From Nemertoderma westbladi (Eukaryota > Animalia > Xenacoelomorpha): a DNA stretch of 45,120 nucleotides. The notes below the pieces were generated by a model. It was not told the DNA's origin, did not search any database, and was given only the letters and a program-made list of their open reading frames with translations. The position numbers and the translations under genes are program-made. Below, piece by piece: positions 25,301 to 36,691 of the stretch (the first letter of the stretch is position 1; each line of letters starts with the position of its first letter). The stretch lies in contig JAUCBJ010005521.1 in NCBI GenBank assembly GCA_032718475.1, positions 1 through 45,120 of the forward strand, in the 5' to 3' direction.

Positions 25301-28300
25301 TACGCATTACGTCTACATCCTTCATTGTAAGTTGACTAATCTCCTGTTGAGTTAGTATTTTATCCGTCCATAGGATACGTAGACAATCTGAGTCTCTTGG
25401 TAGCGTACGAACTTGGTGAAACATGGCTTTGATGTCGCAGGTGAATTCTATCCGGTTTTCCCTGAACCTGATCAATACGCCAATGAGTGTACTATATATG
25501 TTGGGCCCCGTATAAAGCTGACTATTCAGGGATTCGCCTTGATACATAGCAGCGGCATCATTAACTACTCGGATTTTACCACCCTTCCGGGCTTCTACCA
25601 CGTAGTGAGTTGGAAGATAATATGTTCTTTTACCCCCTTGCAGTTCATTCCGTGGTACCATTTCTGCTAATCCGTCGTCGAGATATCCTTGGATTACGGT
25701 ATTATATTTCTCCTTTATCTCAGGTTGGTCATTCAGCCGGCGTAGAATCCCCTTAAGTCGCCTAAGGGCCATGTTGGCGTTGTTTGCCATTGGTTTATTT
25801 GGGTCCTTCCATAACATGGGTAAACACCAGTGTCCGTCGTTGAACGTGGCCTGGTCCAGGACATCCATACAATATCGATCCTCCTCGGACGGGTTTTTGT
25901 CCTTTTCAGCGAACTCTTGGGTCTCTAGATTAAAGTATTTAGTCATCTCTTGCTGGGTTTTTTCGGTCTCAAGAAATAAATCCTCATCGAGGTCTGTAGC
26001 TGAGCAATAACCCACGGATGTTGCATTTTCTTTAATCTGACATTTAGGAAGGTATGTATAGGTGTCAGTACTCTCTTCCTTGATGCCGCAGAGGGTCCAT
26101 CCCATTATTGTTCGTTCAGCGTAAAAGCCGTCATCCTTCTTTATGGATCGGGCGACATCTCCGGTAGGTATGTGTAATTCCGGTGTATCAAGTCCGATCA
26201 GTAGGGTGATGCGGTTTACGTCCAACTGCGGACACCTCAGATCTACATCGTCTCGGTCCAATTGTATGAGGGGGGCGTACTCGGCTGATTGTCGGAACCG
26301 CACTCGGAGGTCTGTGTGTACCAAGGCGTTCTTGATGGTTAGCTTAACCGTTTCGTAGCCCTTCAGTACTCCTTCCATCTGGAGTTGCACCTCCCCGGAC
26401 TCTACCTCTCTGTTATCGGTGATGGTTTGTATGGGCCGTTTACAAGGTTCATATTCTAGGCCGAGTTGCTCGAGGAAATCCCGGTCAATGATGGTTCCGT
26501 CAGGTTCCGTCAAGGAAAGCGAGCGTCGTCAGGGATTTGCCGACTCCTTGAATCCTTACTGGGATTACCATTGCAAAGACCATGTAACGGCGATTTATAA
26601 GATTAATCGTGGCTGAAATATTTGTTACTTGTGGTGTATCGGTGGAGATTTTAAACGGGTTGGTTTCTCTCCGTTGGGTTGTCCGGGTTCCTTTAAAAAC
26701 GTGGTTCGTTTCTCCTCTTCGCTTGGCTTCGATCCGAAAGGGGAGGGTAGTGAAATCGAAGTTCGCGGGGATGTGGAGGAGCATGTGATGACGTAGGTCG
26801 TTACAGACCGCATAGCACGATCTTTGGTCGCAATCCCGAACATAGTGACCTGTTCCAAGACACCGGAAGCATCCTCGGTGTTTCATTATCGCCTCAAAGC
26901 GTGGGACGAGTTCGGCGAACTGGAACTTCCTGCAGAATTCCACTTTATGTTTCTCTCCACAGAAGAGACAGAGGATGGAGTTTGTGATGCCTTCCCTCTC
27001 GGGTGCCCAATTCGCAAGGTAACACGCCCATTCCTCGGCTGATGTCAGTTCCTCGTAGTCTTCATCGTCGGAATCCTCGGCCATGGTGGTGGCCATCGTT
27101 CTCACCGGAGGAGGGCGGAATCTCGGTTTCTGAGTGGGTGTCTTACTCCTGGAGTTGTTCTCTATTCCGTCCAACTTGGCGAGACTCTGTTTCGAGAACA
27201 TTGAGTCATTCATGGCTTCGGAGATATCGTCCAGGAATGCCGACATTTCGAGGAAGCTGGGATCTCGATCTGGGTGTCTGCGCCGGAGATCTACACATTT
27301 ATACGCCCACTTACTTTGTAGCCATCCGGGGAATTTCCGGGTGATCTGTAGGAGGTTTAGAATGTTGTTCACTTGTTCCTCCTTATTTAATGGTTTCAGA
27401 GTGTAGTAGGCATCCTTCATCGAGTCAGAGAAATCTTGGATATTCTGTGGGTCCCCTAGGGATCCCGCGTCCTGGATCAGTTTCTCGAGAGTTTTATTAA
27501 TTATAGTCCCGATATTTCGATATCTTTTATCTAGAGTCTTCTATGCGTCATAGTATGCTTCATGAGCTCCTCCTTCAAAGCATGCGATAATTCGGCGTGG
27601 TTTGTCACCCAGGTATTGTGATAAATATACCGGTTTCTGTGCGTCGGCTATGTCCGTTGATCCAATTTGCGCAAAGAACCGTTTCTTGAATCTGAGGTAA
27701 TCGACGGGATCTCCTTCGAAGGTGCGGATCTCCATCTTGGGCATGGCCAGTCGGTTCTCTAATGCCCGGATGATACCAACGTCGTCTGAACCGGAATGAC
27801 TAGGAGGGTTATAATTATCGGCACTCTCTCCCATACACGATGGATCGATGATAGGTGGAGTTTTAATGATGACGCGGCTATGGCTTTGTGGTGTGGACGT
27901 AAACGGGTTGTTGGATCGGGGAGTGGCGATCCGTTCCGAGTCCTTTTCAGGCTCGTACTTGGGGACGCTCGGGACCGTGGAAGTGGCTGGGATATAAGGT
28001 TCCTCATTCTTTAGCGTAGCTGGTGGGGGATGGAATACCGGTGCTTGTGCCGATAACGTAGACTGTATGGTAGGTTTCGGGGTTTTCACCGTTAATGACC
28101 TCTCTAATTCTGGTATCGGTATTGGTTCATATTTCTGATCTATATCCCTTTCCCAGTCCTCGTATATTTGAATATCTCGTTCTATGAGTGCAGCTTCGTA
28201 TTCCACGAGTTTCGCAATATCCGCATTCTTTTTGTGGATGAGAATCGCTTGGGCCTCGGCGTGTTGTTTACGCATTTCTGCTTCCCATTTACGTTGTTCG

Positions 28301-28983
28301 ATCTCTTGTCTGGCCTCTTGTTTATGTTGTTCGGCCCGTTGTTCAGCCTCCTGTTTTTGCATTTCGGCGGCTATTATATCTTGCTCGGTTTGCAGTTGAA
28401 CGTACTCATCTTCCATCCGGGCTTTGAGGGCTAATGCCTTCTGATCTCGGAGTGGCGGCCCCCCTTGAGAACTGCGCGCTGAGCCGGATATCTCGCTCCT
28501 AGCGCTGGAGCGCTGGTGTCTTGAGGACCCCGTTCTCTTTCGATGAATTGTGGTCCTGGTGTTGGAGGTTCGCACCGATTCTGTGTCTGTTCTTTCAGCT
28601 CTCTTGTAGTACTGTTCTTCGTAGCCTCTCACGAGGCTAAGGGTCCTCCGGTGTTGTTTGCGGAATTCGTCTAGGCGTGCAATGTGTTCTTCCAATTTGG
28701 GATAATTTACCTGGTCGGTGGCGGGGATGAGTTCTTGGTACGCCTGTATCATTCTCTCATATCTTTGTAAGATACTTCGGATACTCTGAAGCTGAGTTTG
28801 TATCTCGTTGAGGGGGGTTTCGACTCCCTTGAGTTGTTTCTCTATACATTGATACGCTCGAGTGACTCCGCCTTTGAGAGCACCTAGTCGACGAGCCATG
28901 TTCTTGATGTTCGGTACCTCGTCGGTTTCCGAGTCTGTGTGGTGATCCATCTCATCGGTATCGGATACGTTATTTGTCGTCAT
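22344..28983 (-). pseudogene. BEL/Pao gag-pol polyprotein (Gag, triple zinc knuckle, aspartic protease, RT, RNase H, integrase), disrupted
   Basis: Gag MPKMEIRTFEGDP; knuckles CLFCGEKH..C, CFRCLGTGH..C, C..C...HHMLLH; protease AFLDG; RT YLPTH, LYTGP, DIKAMFHQV, YVDD; RNase H HTFSDAS, IPRLEL, WVDS; integrase HH..CC, GVDCFGP, SDNGTNF, WEKLI. Stop at 27541-27543 and frameshifts near 26505, 24640 and 23260-23100. Confidence 0.95.
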
Positions 28984-29171
28984 TGTAGCGCCTCGTCGAT
29001 AGCTAGATATGCGATGTCGTAAAATAGTTCCTCGTAGGTATTGTACTCAGCCTGGACCACCCGAACGGTAATACTGAATCGTCCGACGTTCGTTCCTTGT
29101 ACTTCAACCTCGACGTGCCAGATTCCTGGCTCAACTTGGATTATATCAATGGGTGTGATCGATACTTCCAT
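28980..29171 (-). CDS. 63-aa upstream ORF overlapping the gag start (ATGA), unknown function
   Basis: MEVSITPIDII...IDEALQ*; its TGA overlaps the gag ATG at 28980-28983. Confidence 0.4.
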   Translation of the reverse strand: MEVSITPIDIIQVEPGIWHVEVEVQGTNVGRFSITVRVVQAEYNTYEELFYDIAYLAIDEALQ

Positions 29172-29404
29172 TCCCTGTTAACAACTCTCCAAATATGTGA
29201 TCTGCCGACTACGAGTTGGTTAGATCGAGTTTGTTGATTAATTAAACCACGACTTAGTCTTAACTCAAATACCAGAGTTTCCTTGTAGTGGGTGCTGGCA
29301 AGCACGTAGAGAGTTTTGAAGAGTATTGTAGGATTCTCAACTTCCACCAGTTGAAGTTGGCCGCGTTTTATTCTCAATTTTGACACCCTGTCAAAATTGA
29401 CCGT

Positions 29405-29417
29405 ATTAATTCTCAAT
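29405..29417 (-). other. Non-tRNA primer-binding-site candidate (complementary to LTR 29615-29627)
   Basis: Located 2 nt inside the 5' LTR boundary, lacks TGG, and is an exact 13-nt reverse complement of a sequence in the LTR. Confidence 0.55.
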
Positions 29418-29419
29418 TT

Positions 29420-31122
29420 TGTTGCCGTTATCCCGACACCAGGGGGGAAAAACGCCGATGCTGGAGGCGGGGCTTTACAGACCACGGAGTCCCGGCCAGT
29501 CACCGGATATTGATTGTGGAGAAGGAGGAATTTCTTAGATGCAGGATTGCGGTTAAGGAAAAGTTGCATTGGTTGGATATACTCTTTAATGTAACTTTCT
29601 ATAGTTGAACCCTGATTGAGAATTAATTGGGCTTCCCCAAATCAATATACACCAAATATTCACAATAATTATACACGACAATATAAATCCCTACAGTATA
29701 TTATTTAATTACCCACTGTTCGCTCAGATTTTAGCCTAACTAATGTTCCCCAGATTTTCCCTCGGTCCTAGTCTTGATGCCGTAGTGTCGGTGTCGGTCG
29801 ACCCTATCGCGTGTCCGTTCCACCCCTCCCGAACCCCGAAGGGATCGATCATCGAGAACCAGCACGGCTTGGCTAAGGGTCGGTCCAGTCGGTAGACTCT
29901 GTCGCGTATCCGTACCACCCCTCTCGAACCCCGAAGGGATCGGTCATCGAGAACCAGTACGGCTTGGCTAGGAGTCTGTCGTGTCGGTGGACCCATTCGC
30001 GTGTCCGTCCCACCCCTCCCAAACCCCAAAGGGTTTGATCATCGAGAACCAGTACGGCTTGGCTAGGGGTCCGTCGGTTCATCGCAGAAACCCAACCACC
30101 TAGGCTTTCCGAGTCCTTATTCAGGCTCGTAGTCGCTTCGGTGGCCGAGAAACTACTCCGAACAGTCGGTAGGCCAGTAGAGTCCAGTCCTTTGTCTTTC
30201 AACCCCGTCGCGTGTCCGTCCCACCCCTCGCGAACCCCGAAGGGATCGGTCATCGAGAACCAGTACGGCTTGGCTAAGGGGTCTGTCGTCGGTTCCCGTC
30301 GCAAATCCCTGGTACAAGCAGCCGGCGTTCCGATTTCCTTTTCAGGCTCGTAATAACTGCTGTTGACCAGAGACCGCTAAGGGCAGTCCTCGTCAAACCC
30401 TTCCTCTGTAAGTCGGCCGCCCTTTCGCGTGTCCGTCCCACCCCTCGCGAACCCCGAAGGGATTGGTCATCGAGAACCAGTACGGCTTGGCTAAGGGGGC
30501 TGTCGTTTCCCGTCGCAAATCCCTGACGCAAGCAGCCGGCGTTCCGATGTCCTTTTCAGGCTCGTAATAGCTGCTGTTGGCCAGGGACCGCTAAGGGCAG
30601 TCCTCGTCAAACCCTTCCTCTGTAAGTCGGCCGCCCTTTCGCGTGTCCGTCCCACCCCTCGCAAACCCCGAAGGGATCGGTCATCGAGACGGCTTGGCTA
30701 AGGGGGCTGTCGTTTCCCGTCGCAAATCCCTGGCCAATCCCAAGCAGCCGGCGTTCCGATGTCCTTTTCAGGCTCGTAATAACTGCTGTTGGCCAGGGAC
30801 CGCTAAGGGCAGTCCTTGTCCTTTAGGCCTGGCGCGTTACCAAATCCACCTCTACAGGCAGCAGGAAGTTGGCCAGGGCCTAATAGTACTCAGGCTAACC
30901 TGAATACTGCTTAATTTTGTCTCCCACCCCTGGCCCTTATAAACATGAAATTATTCCCGTACCCTGTAAGTCGCCCCAATGTTCGCCCATAAATCGCCCC
31001 CAGTTCATTGAGTGTGCCCAAAACCCATGGTCCCGCACCCAGTAGTGATATCGGAATAATAATTTTAAATAAATACAAAAAATATTCAACTCGCGTTATG
31101 AAAAGTTGAAATACCGCGAACA
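29420..31122 (-). repeat. 5' LTR (1703 bp)
   Basis: Direct repeat of 16611-18315; lies upstream of gag on the minus strand. Confidence 0.97.
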
Positions 31123-32464
31123 AAAAATATCGAGTGTTGAAAAATATCGAGAGTAAAAATATCGAGTGTTGAAAAATATCGAGAGTAAAAATATCGAGTG
31201 TTGAAAAATATCGAGAGTAAAAATATCGAGTGTTGAAAAACATCGAGAGTAAAAATATCGAGTGTTGAAAAATATCGAGTGTTGAAAAATATCGAGAGTA
31301 AAAATATCGAGAGTAAAAATATCGAGTGTTGAAAAATATCGAGAGTAAAAATATCGAGAGTAAAAATATCGAGTGTTGAAAAATATCGAGAGTAAAAATA
31401 TCGAGAGTAAAAATATCGAGTGTTGAAAAATATCGAGAGTAAAAATAACGAGTGTTGAAAATATCGAGTGTTGAAAAATATCGAGAGTAAAAATATCGAG
31501 TGTTGAATAATATCGAGTGTTGAAAAATATCGAGAGTAAAAATATTGCATTTTGCTTGAGCATTTTATTTAGAATTATGGAACAATATTGCAGTGCATGG
31601 GTTACAACATTGCAAGTACAAGTGAATGGCATTATGTAATACACCTTGGGTACCCATTTACCAGATTTATTATACAGTACTAGCTAGTTTTTGCTATTTT
31701 TTTAATAAATATTATAAAAGAAGTGCTAGCTATAAATTTTGATAAATATTATAAATATTGTTAAATATTATATTAGAACACGTATAAGCTACCAAATGTT
31801 GATAAATATTGTTGTTCTAGAACATTTTTAGTAAAAAAAATTATCATACAACCCTTATTTTAAAAAAATGTTACTATCAATAAAATTTTTACTCTCGAAA
31901 TTTTTCAACATTCTACATTTTTTTCAACACTCGATATTTTTACTCTCGATATTTTTCAACACTCGATATTTTTCAACACTCGATATTTTTCAACACTCGA
32001 TATTTTTACTCTCGATATTTTTCAACACTCGATATTTTTACTCTCGATATTTTTCAACACTCGATATTTTTACTCTCGATATTTTTCAACACTCGATATT
32101 TTTACTCTCGATATTTTTCAACACTCGATATTTTTACTTACGATACTTTTCAACACTCGATATTTTTACTCTCGATATTTTTCAACACTCGATATTTTTA
32201 CTCTCGATATTTTTCAACACTCGATATTTTTACTCTCGATATTTTTCAACACTCGATATTTTTACTCTCGATATTTTTACTCTCGATATTTTTCAACACT
32301 CGGTATTTTTACTCTCGATATTTTTACCCTCGATATTTTTAATCTCGATATTTTTTGAACTCTCGATATTATCGTTATTTTTCAACACTCGATGTTTTTA
32401 CTCGCGTTATTTTTACTCTCGATATTTTTCATGTCTCGATATTTTTCAATATAACCCAAGTACC

Positions 32465-32804
32465 TTGTTTACAGGATATTATGTTTTCAGTTAATTAGCT
32501 CAGACAAGTCAAGCATATTCTCACCCAAGGGTATAAAACTTGCCCAGTTACTGGATAATGGGACTGAGGAATCTTTATTGACCCGTCGTATTGGTCTATG
32601 ATCTTTGCTCCGCTTTTTCCTTGTACCATCCTTGATGGAACACTGTTGGTAATGATCGGATGTCTCATCAATTCGGTCAAATAGTTTCCCTTTATCCAGA
32701 AAAGACTCCACAAACATATCGGCATAATCACCAAATGTAACCACACCACGTGATTTACCCAATGCCATCACCATCGCTTGTCCATCACTTACTAGTTCCT
32801 CCAA
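32465..32804 (-). pseudogene. Academ-type XPG/PIN-like nuclease fragment (upstream half)
   Basis: DGQAMV...TFGDYAD...RIDETSDHY...SIKDGTRKKR...NWASFI...N..DL; rejoins 16393 across the TSD. Confidence 0.7.
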
Positions 32805-33196
32805 AAAGTTGTACGCTAGGTGGAGTAAGTACTGTAGATCCGTATTATTAGGATATCAGTTAAGAGCGATTTGATTGCTGTATGTAAACTGCCATCTGTA
32901 GATATTCGAACAGGCTAGTGATATTCGAACAGGTATCATCAGTTCATGTTGTAATAAAAATTCCAAATCAACTGGGCGATTAGCTTTCTTATTTTTTTAT
33001 TTTATATTTTATTATTTTGCAATTCATGTTGTTCTAGAATAAATCGTTGTATACGTATATACACCATGACCTGGAATATAGTGTGTATTAATTCAGGACC
33101 TTGATACACTGTCAATTGCGTGGGAGGGGGGGGGGGGGGGAGTTACAATATTCCGCATCTGTGATAAACGTACTGTTACTATGCACTAAACTCATT

Positions 33197-34004
33197 GTTG
33201 CTATAGAAAACTCGTCACAAGGTGGTGTTACTACTTGGGATTCCTTGAAAACTAGTTGTTACCATGTAAAAACATTCCGTTGCTAAGGTAAACTCGTCAT
33301 TACTATACTAACGTCGCCGTTGCTAAGGATTAACTTACCGTTGCTATGAAAAAACAAATACATAGTTGATTGCCACTGTAAAACTCACCTTTTATGTTCT
33401 GTATAAAATATGTTTTTGATGTGAAAAGACCGCTGTACAATGAAAACAAGTCGTTGCTAAGCTAAAGTAGCCGTTGCTATGCAAAAATTATCATTGTTAT
33501 ACAAAATATGCCATCACTACAGATAACTTGCTTCAATTATATAAAACCTATGCAAAAAACATGTTAATGCTATGAAAAACCCAATGTTCTTAAGAACAAC
33601 CCCCGGTTGCTATGGTAAACTTTCGTTGCTAAGAACATAAAGTAAATTAAAATATATTTTAGTGATTTGATATAACGTCCCATATTTTAAAATTTGACTG
33701 AACTGCACTATTTAAAAAATTTTGGGAAACCCAACAGTTATTCCCGTATTTGGGGGAAAATTCCCGTTGCTATGACCATAAAACATGACTTTGTCAAATA
33801 GAATAACTACAGAAGACACCATATACTTTTAAATATCAAAAATCCTTAAATTATTAACCTCTAAGGCGAATAAAATACCAAAACGATATTGGAAATACAT
33901 AAATAATAAAATATGCCCGTTGCTATGGTAACAATAGAAAAATGACTTCGCTTGTGATCATGAATGTTGGCTATATAACATATTGTTATGCATCTGAAAC
34001 ACAT
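33197..34004. repeat. Right long inverted arm of the Academ-like element
   Basis: Reverse complement of 15304-16086. Confidence 0.85.
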
Positions 34005-34016
34005 GTGTCAATGTGC

Positions 34017-34592
34017 GGCACGAAAAATACAAGTAGCAAAAGTTTGATAACCAAAAATCATTACCAAATCAACCTGCATTTTAGACATTATGGGTTTTCT
34101 GGGACACTGATCACGAATATGACACTCAAAAATATCGTATTATCCAACCAAATTCGCTTTTTGCAATTTGAAATGTTTCCTACTTGTAATTTTTGTCCCA
34201 CCAGACAAGCACCAAATTGACAGTTGCGTTACAACGAATGATTTGTATCGTGTTGTATCGTGATCAGCTACCTTGAAAACCAGTATAGCTTCAGAATTAC
34301 CAAACCAAAGGCATAATTTGACAGTTAATAAGTTTGTGCTACTTGTAATTTTCGTTCTAGGGCACTAGAATAGCACCAAAAGTGGGTTTGCATTACCAGA
34401 AATATTTATAACTAGTTTCATCGTAATCACGTACGTTCAGAATTATCAAACCAAACACAAATCTTTTTATTTTGACATTTTTTTACTTGTACTTTTCATA
34501 CTGGAGGACCAAAATAGCACTAAAAATGATGGTTGCTTTTCCAAAAATTATTTTTAACAAGTTTTATCGTGATCAGCGACCTAGAAAACCCT
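34017..34592. mobile_element. Decayed internally repetitive element (MITE-like) abutting the right arm
   Basis: Recurring CTACTTGTAATTTT and ATCGTGATCA(G)C motifs (34180, 34339, 34258, 34566), with inverted copies at 34024-34038 and 34107-34116. Confidence 0.45.
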
Positions 34593-35442
34593 ATTATTTA
34601 ATAGGTTCAGCCACTCTGCTTCAGTTTCCATAATAAATTCTAAATTATTAGTGTATTAACTTGTTTGTTAAATAACTAACTCGAATTCAACTTACCTTTA
34701 ATCTTATATACTAATCTAAATATACATAATTATAAAAAAGTCAGCTATGTCATATCAAAGTTATACAAAACATTAATCTATATAAGCCTGAATATCTATA
34801 ATACTTACATGTATTTTATTAACAAAAATTCAAAGTAAAAGATTGTAGTTCTTAATCTTAAGATTAATTTAAAACTTACACAGCATTGGGGTAAAATATT
34901 AATATGATATAATAAAAAATAATAAAATAAATAAATAAATATCAGTAGGCTAAAGGTAAGTGGAGTCATCTAATTTAACCGAATAACTAACCGAATAGGA
35001 TACAGATATTCTTCGATAATCTAAAAAAACAAGTTTATACGGTGCTTAGTACTATTACTAGTAGAATACAGTTTGAATTTCGCTCTAATAAAACCCAATA
35101 ACGACCAATAAACCAATGCAAACACCCCAATAACGACCAATAAACCAATTAAAACAGTCGATTTTAAGAGCCAAACTTTAAACGAGTTTTTCTCAGAATG
35201 AACATTTTTTCCCCAGGTCCCTTTTCTCGCAACCAGCCACTTGCTACTCTCTATCCATGATCCAAGGTACAGGAAGTCGTCAACCTTCCTTAGTTGATTA
35301 TTATCGATTGTTGTCGATTGTTAAATGCAATCGACCCCCTTAGAAGATATTGGAGTTATTAATTATATTTATTAATAAACAATAAAAGTAATACAGTATC
35401 AGCTATAATAAATATTAATTGGCGAATATCTAACAATTCCAG

Positions 35443-35559
35443 ACGCCGTAGAAATTCTACGAGTTCTATCAACTTGGAGACCGATTCCCAAAACAAAGAC
35501 AGTTCTCCTACAAACTCAGGGCAGAGATCTCGCAGGGGAAAGAGGTCGTTATCTATAAG
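35443..35559 (+). CDS. GLIS3: GLIS1/3-family zinc-finger transcription factor, internal exon
   Basis: ccag/ acceptor; RRRNSTSS...RGKRSLSI; /gtaaga donor in phase 2 joins the next exon to give KRSLSISPLS. The symbol denotes the GLIS1/3 ortholog group. Confidence 0.75.
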
Positions 35560-35857
35560 GTAAGAAAAACCTTGGGGTGAGGGGTGGGGGTCAAGATATA
35601 ATAACTCGTAATTTTGAATTTAATGAACGGAGAAATCTCCAGTTGCAAATTATTTCAAAAATTCAAACGTCAGTATAACAGGTTGCATCTTATTTTTTGG
35701 GGTAATCAGCTGTTATTTGCGTCAATGACAAGGGATTGATTTTGATAGCGTCCATTGACCCCCCCCCCCCCCCCCCCCCCCATGGCTACTCTTATTTAAT
35801 ATTTTTAAAAATTATTAATATTAAATGGTAACCACCGTTTATATTTACCACTTACAG

Positions 35858-36072
35858 CCCATTGAGTCTGGATGGGATTGATATTAACTCGCTAATTCGC
35901 ACCTCCCCAACCAGCCTGGTAGCCTACATAAACAATAGCAATGTATCCGGTTCCGAGATACAATTGGAGTTGAGTAGAAGGTGCAGCAGTTCCACAACAT
36001 CCAGCAATCAAATAAATCAGGTTTACCTCTCCCATAGAAACTCAGGATCGAGTTATTCATCCTTCCTAACTG
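35858..36072 (+). CDS. GLIS3: GLIS1/3-family exon with the conserved N-terminal motif
   Basis: ttacag/ acceptor; SPLSLDGIDINSLIRTSPTSLVAYIN matches the GLIS3/GLI IRTSPxSLV region; /gttaga donor in phase 1. Confidence 0.88.
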
Positions 36073-36691
36073 GTTAGAATATTATCAGTACTCAATTTGC
36101 CTTCCAACTAATAAAATCGTTGTATAATTTACTATTTTTAAATTTTATGTTTAATAATTTCATAGAAATAAAATAATAAAAACCTGGAATTCCTCACGTG
36201 AGGGTAAACTGCAAAGTGAAATATAATACACTTACTGTACTGTACTTATTAGACAGCGATAATTCAGTTAATTGGATCTTTGTTGTGAATTATTTATCTT
36301 TTAAAGGATTTATTTTTTTGTTATCGACATAATTTATTAAAATTGGCCCAAATTCTGGCTATTTGTTAGGCACGTTGTTTCTTGGTGAAAAATGCAACGC
36401 TCATTTAAAAAGTGAGCCTTTGTGTAATCTTATTACCAAAGTCCAGCGCCACCTAGCACCACCCTGCAGTCACTACAGCTGAAAAGTGTGTGCATGATCT
36501 AGTTACTATGGCAGGCGGCAGGCAAGAGGAAACGTGGTGTTCAGTCATGGACATTCCGAAACGTAAAAACCGAAATTGAAAGAAACGAAAATCTATCTAA
36601 GGCTGATTTAGATTGTGAACTGTGAAATTTTTGCACCGCATTATTAAAACAATTATTTTTCTGGCTCTAAACTTTTATATTCTTATTTTAG

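Larger units (their letters stand above)
16611..31122 (-). mobile_element. Full-length BEL/Pao LTR retrotransposon (mutated) with an additional ORF
   Basis: Two ~1.7-kb TG...CA LTRs, 5-bp TSD AAAAA (16606-16610, 31123-31127), PPT, and gag-PR-RT-RH-IN order with BEL-specific motifs. Confidence 0.97.
16394..32456. mobile_element. Foldback-like non-autonomous TIR element with modular 15/17-bp repeat arms (GG termini, 8-bp TSD; Merlin- or MULE-like), interrupted by the LTR element
   Basis: TSD CAAGTACC at 16386-16393 and 32457-32464. Termini GGTAATGGTGAAAAATATCGAGAC / GTCTCGATATTTTTCAATATAACC. Arms of AAAAATATCGAGAGT and AAAAATATCGAGTGTTG units at 16394-16610 plus 31123-31545, inverted at 31885-32456. 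Confidence 0.85.

Noticed and set aside
22464-28434. Numerous plus-strand ORFs opposite gag-pol
   Set aside because: Antisense shadows of a GC-balanced coding region with no recognisable motifs.
29340-29352. TGGTGGAAG as a canonical tRNA PBS
   Set aside because: It lies ~70 nt from the LTR end, too far for a normal PBS, and I recognise no tRNA 3' end; a tRNA search would settle it.
31086-32494. ORFs of 150-208 aa rich in FSTLDIF/SIFLLSIF
   Set aside because: Translation artefacts of the 15/17-bp repeat arms.
36001-36026. Alternative GLIS donor CAG/GTTTAC at 36020
   Set aside because: Phase 0 is incompatible with the phase-1 acceptor at 36692; the donor at 36072 fits.
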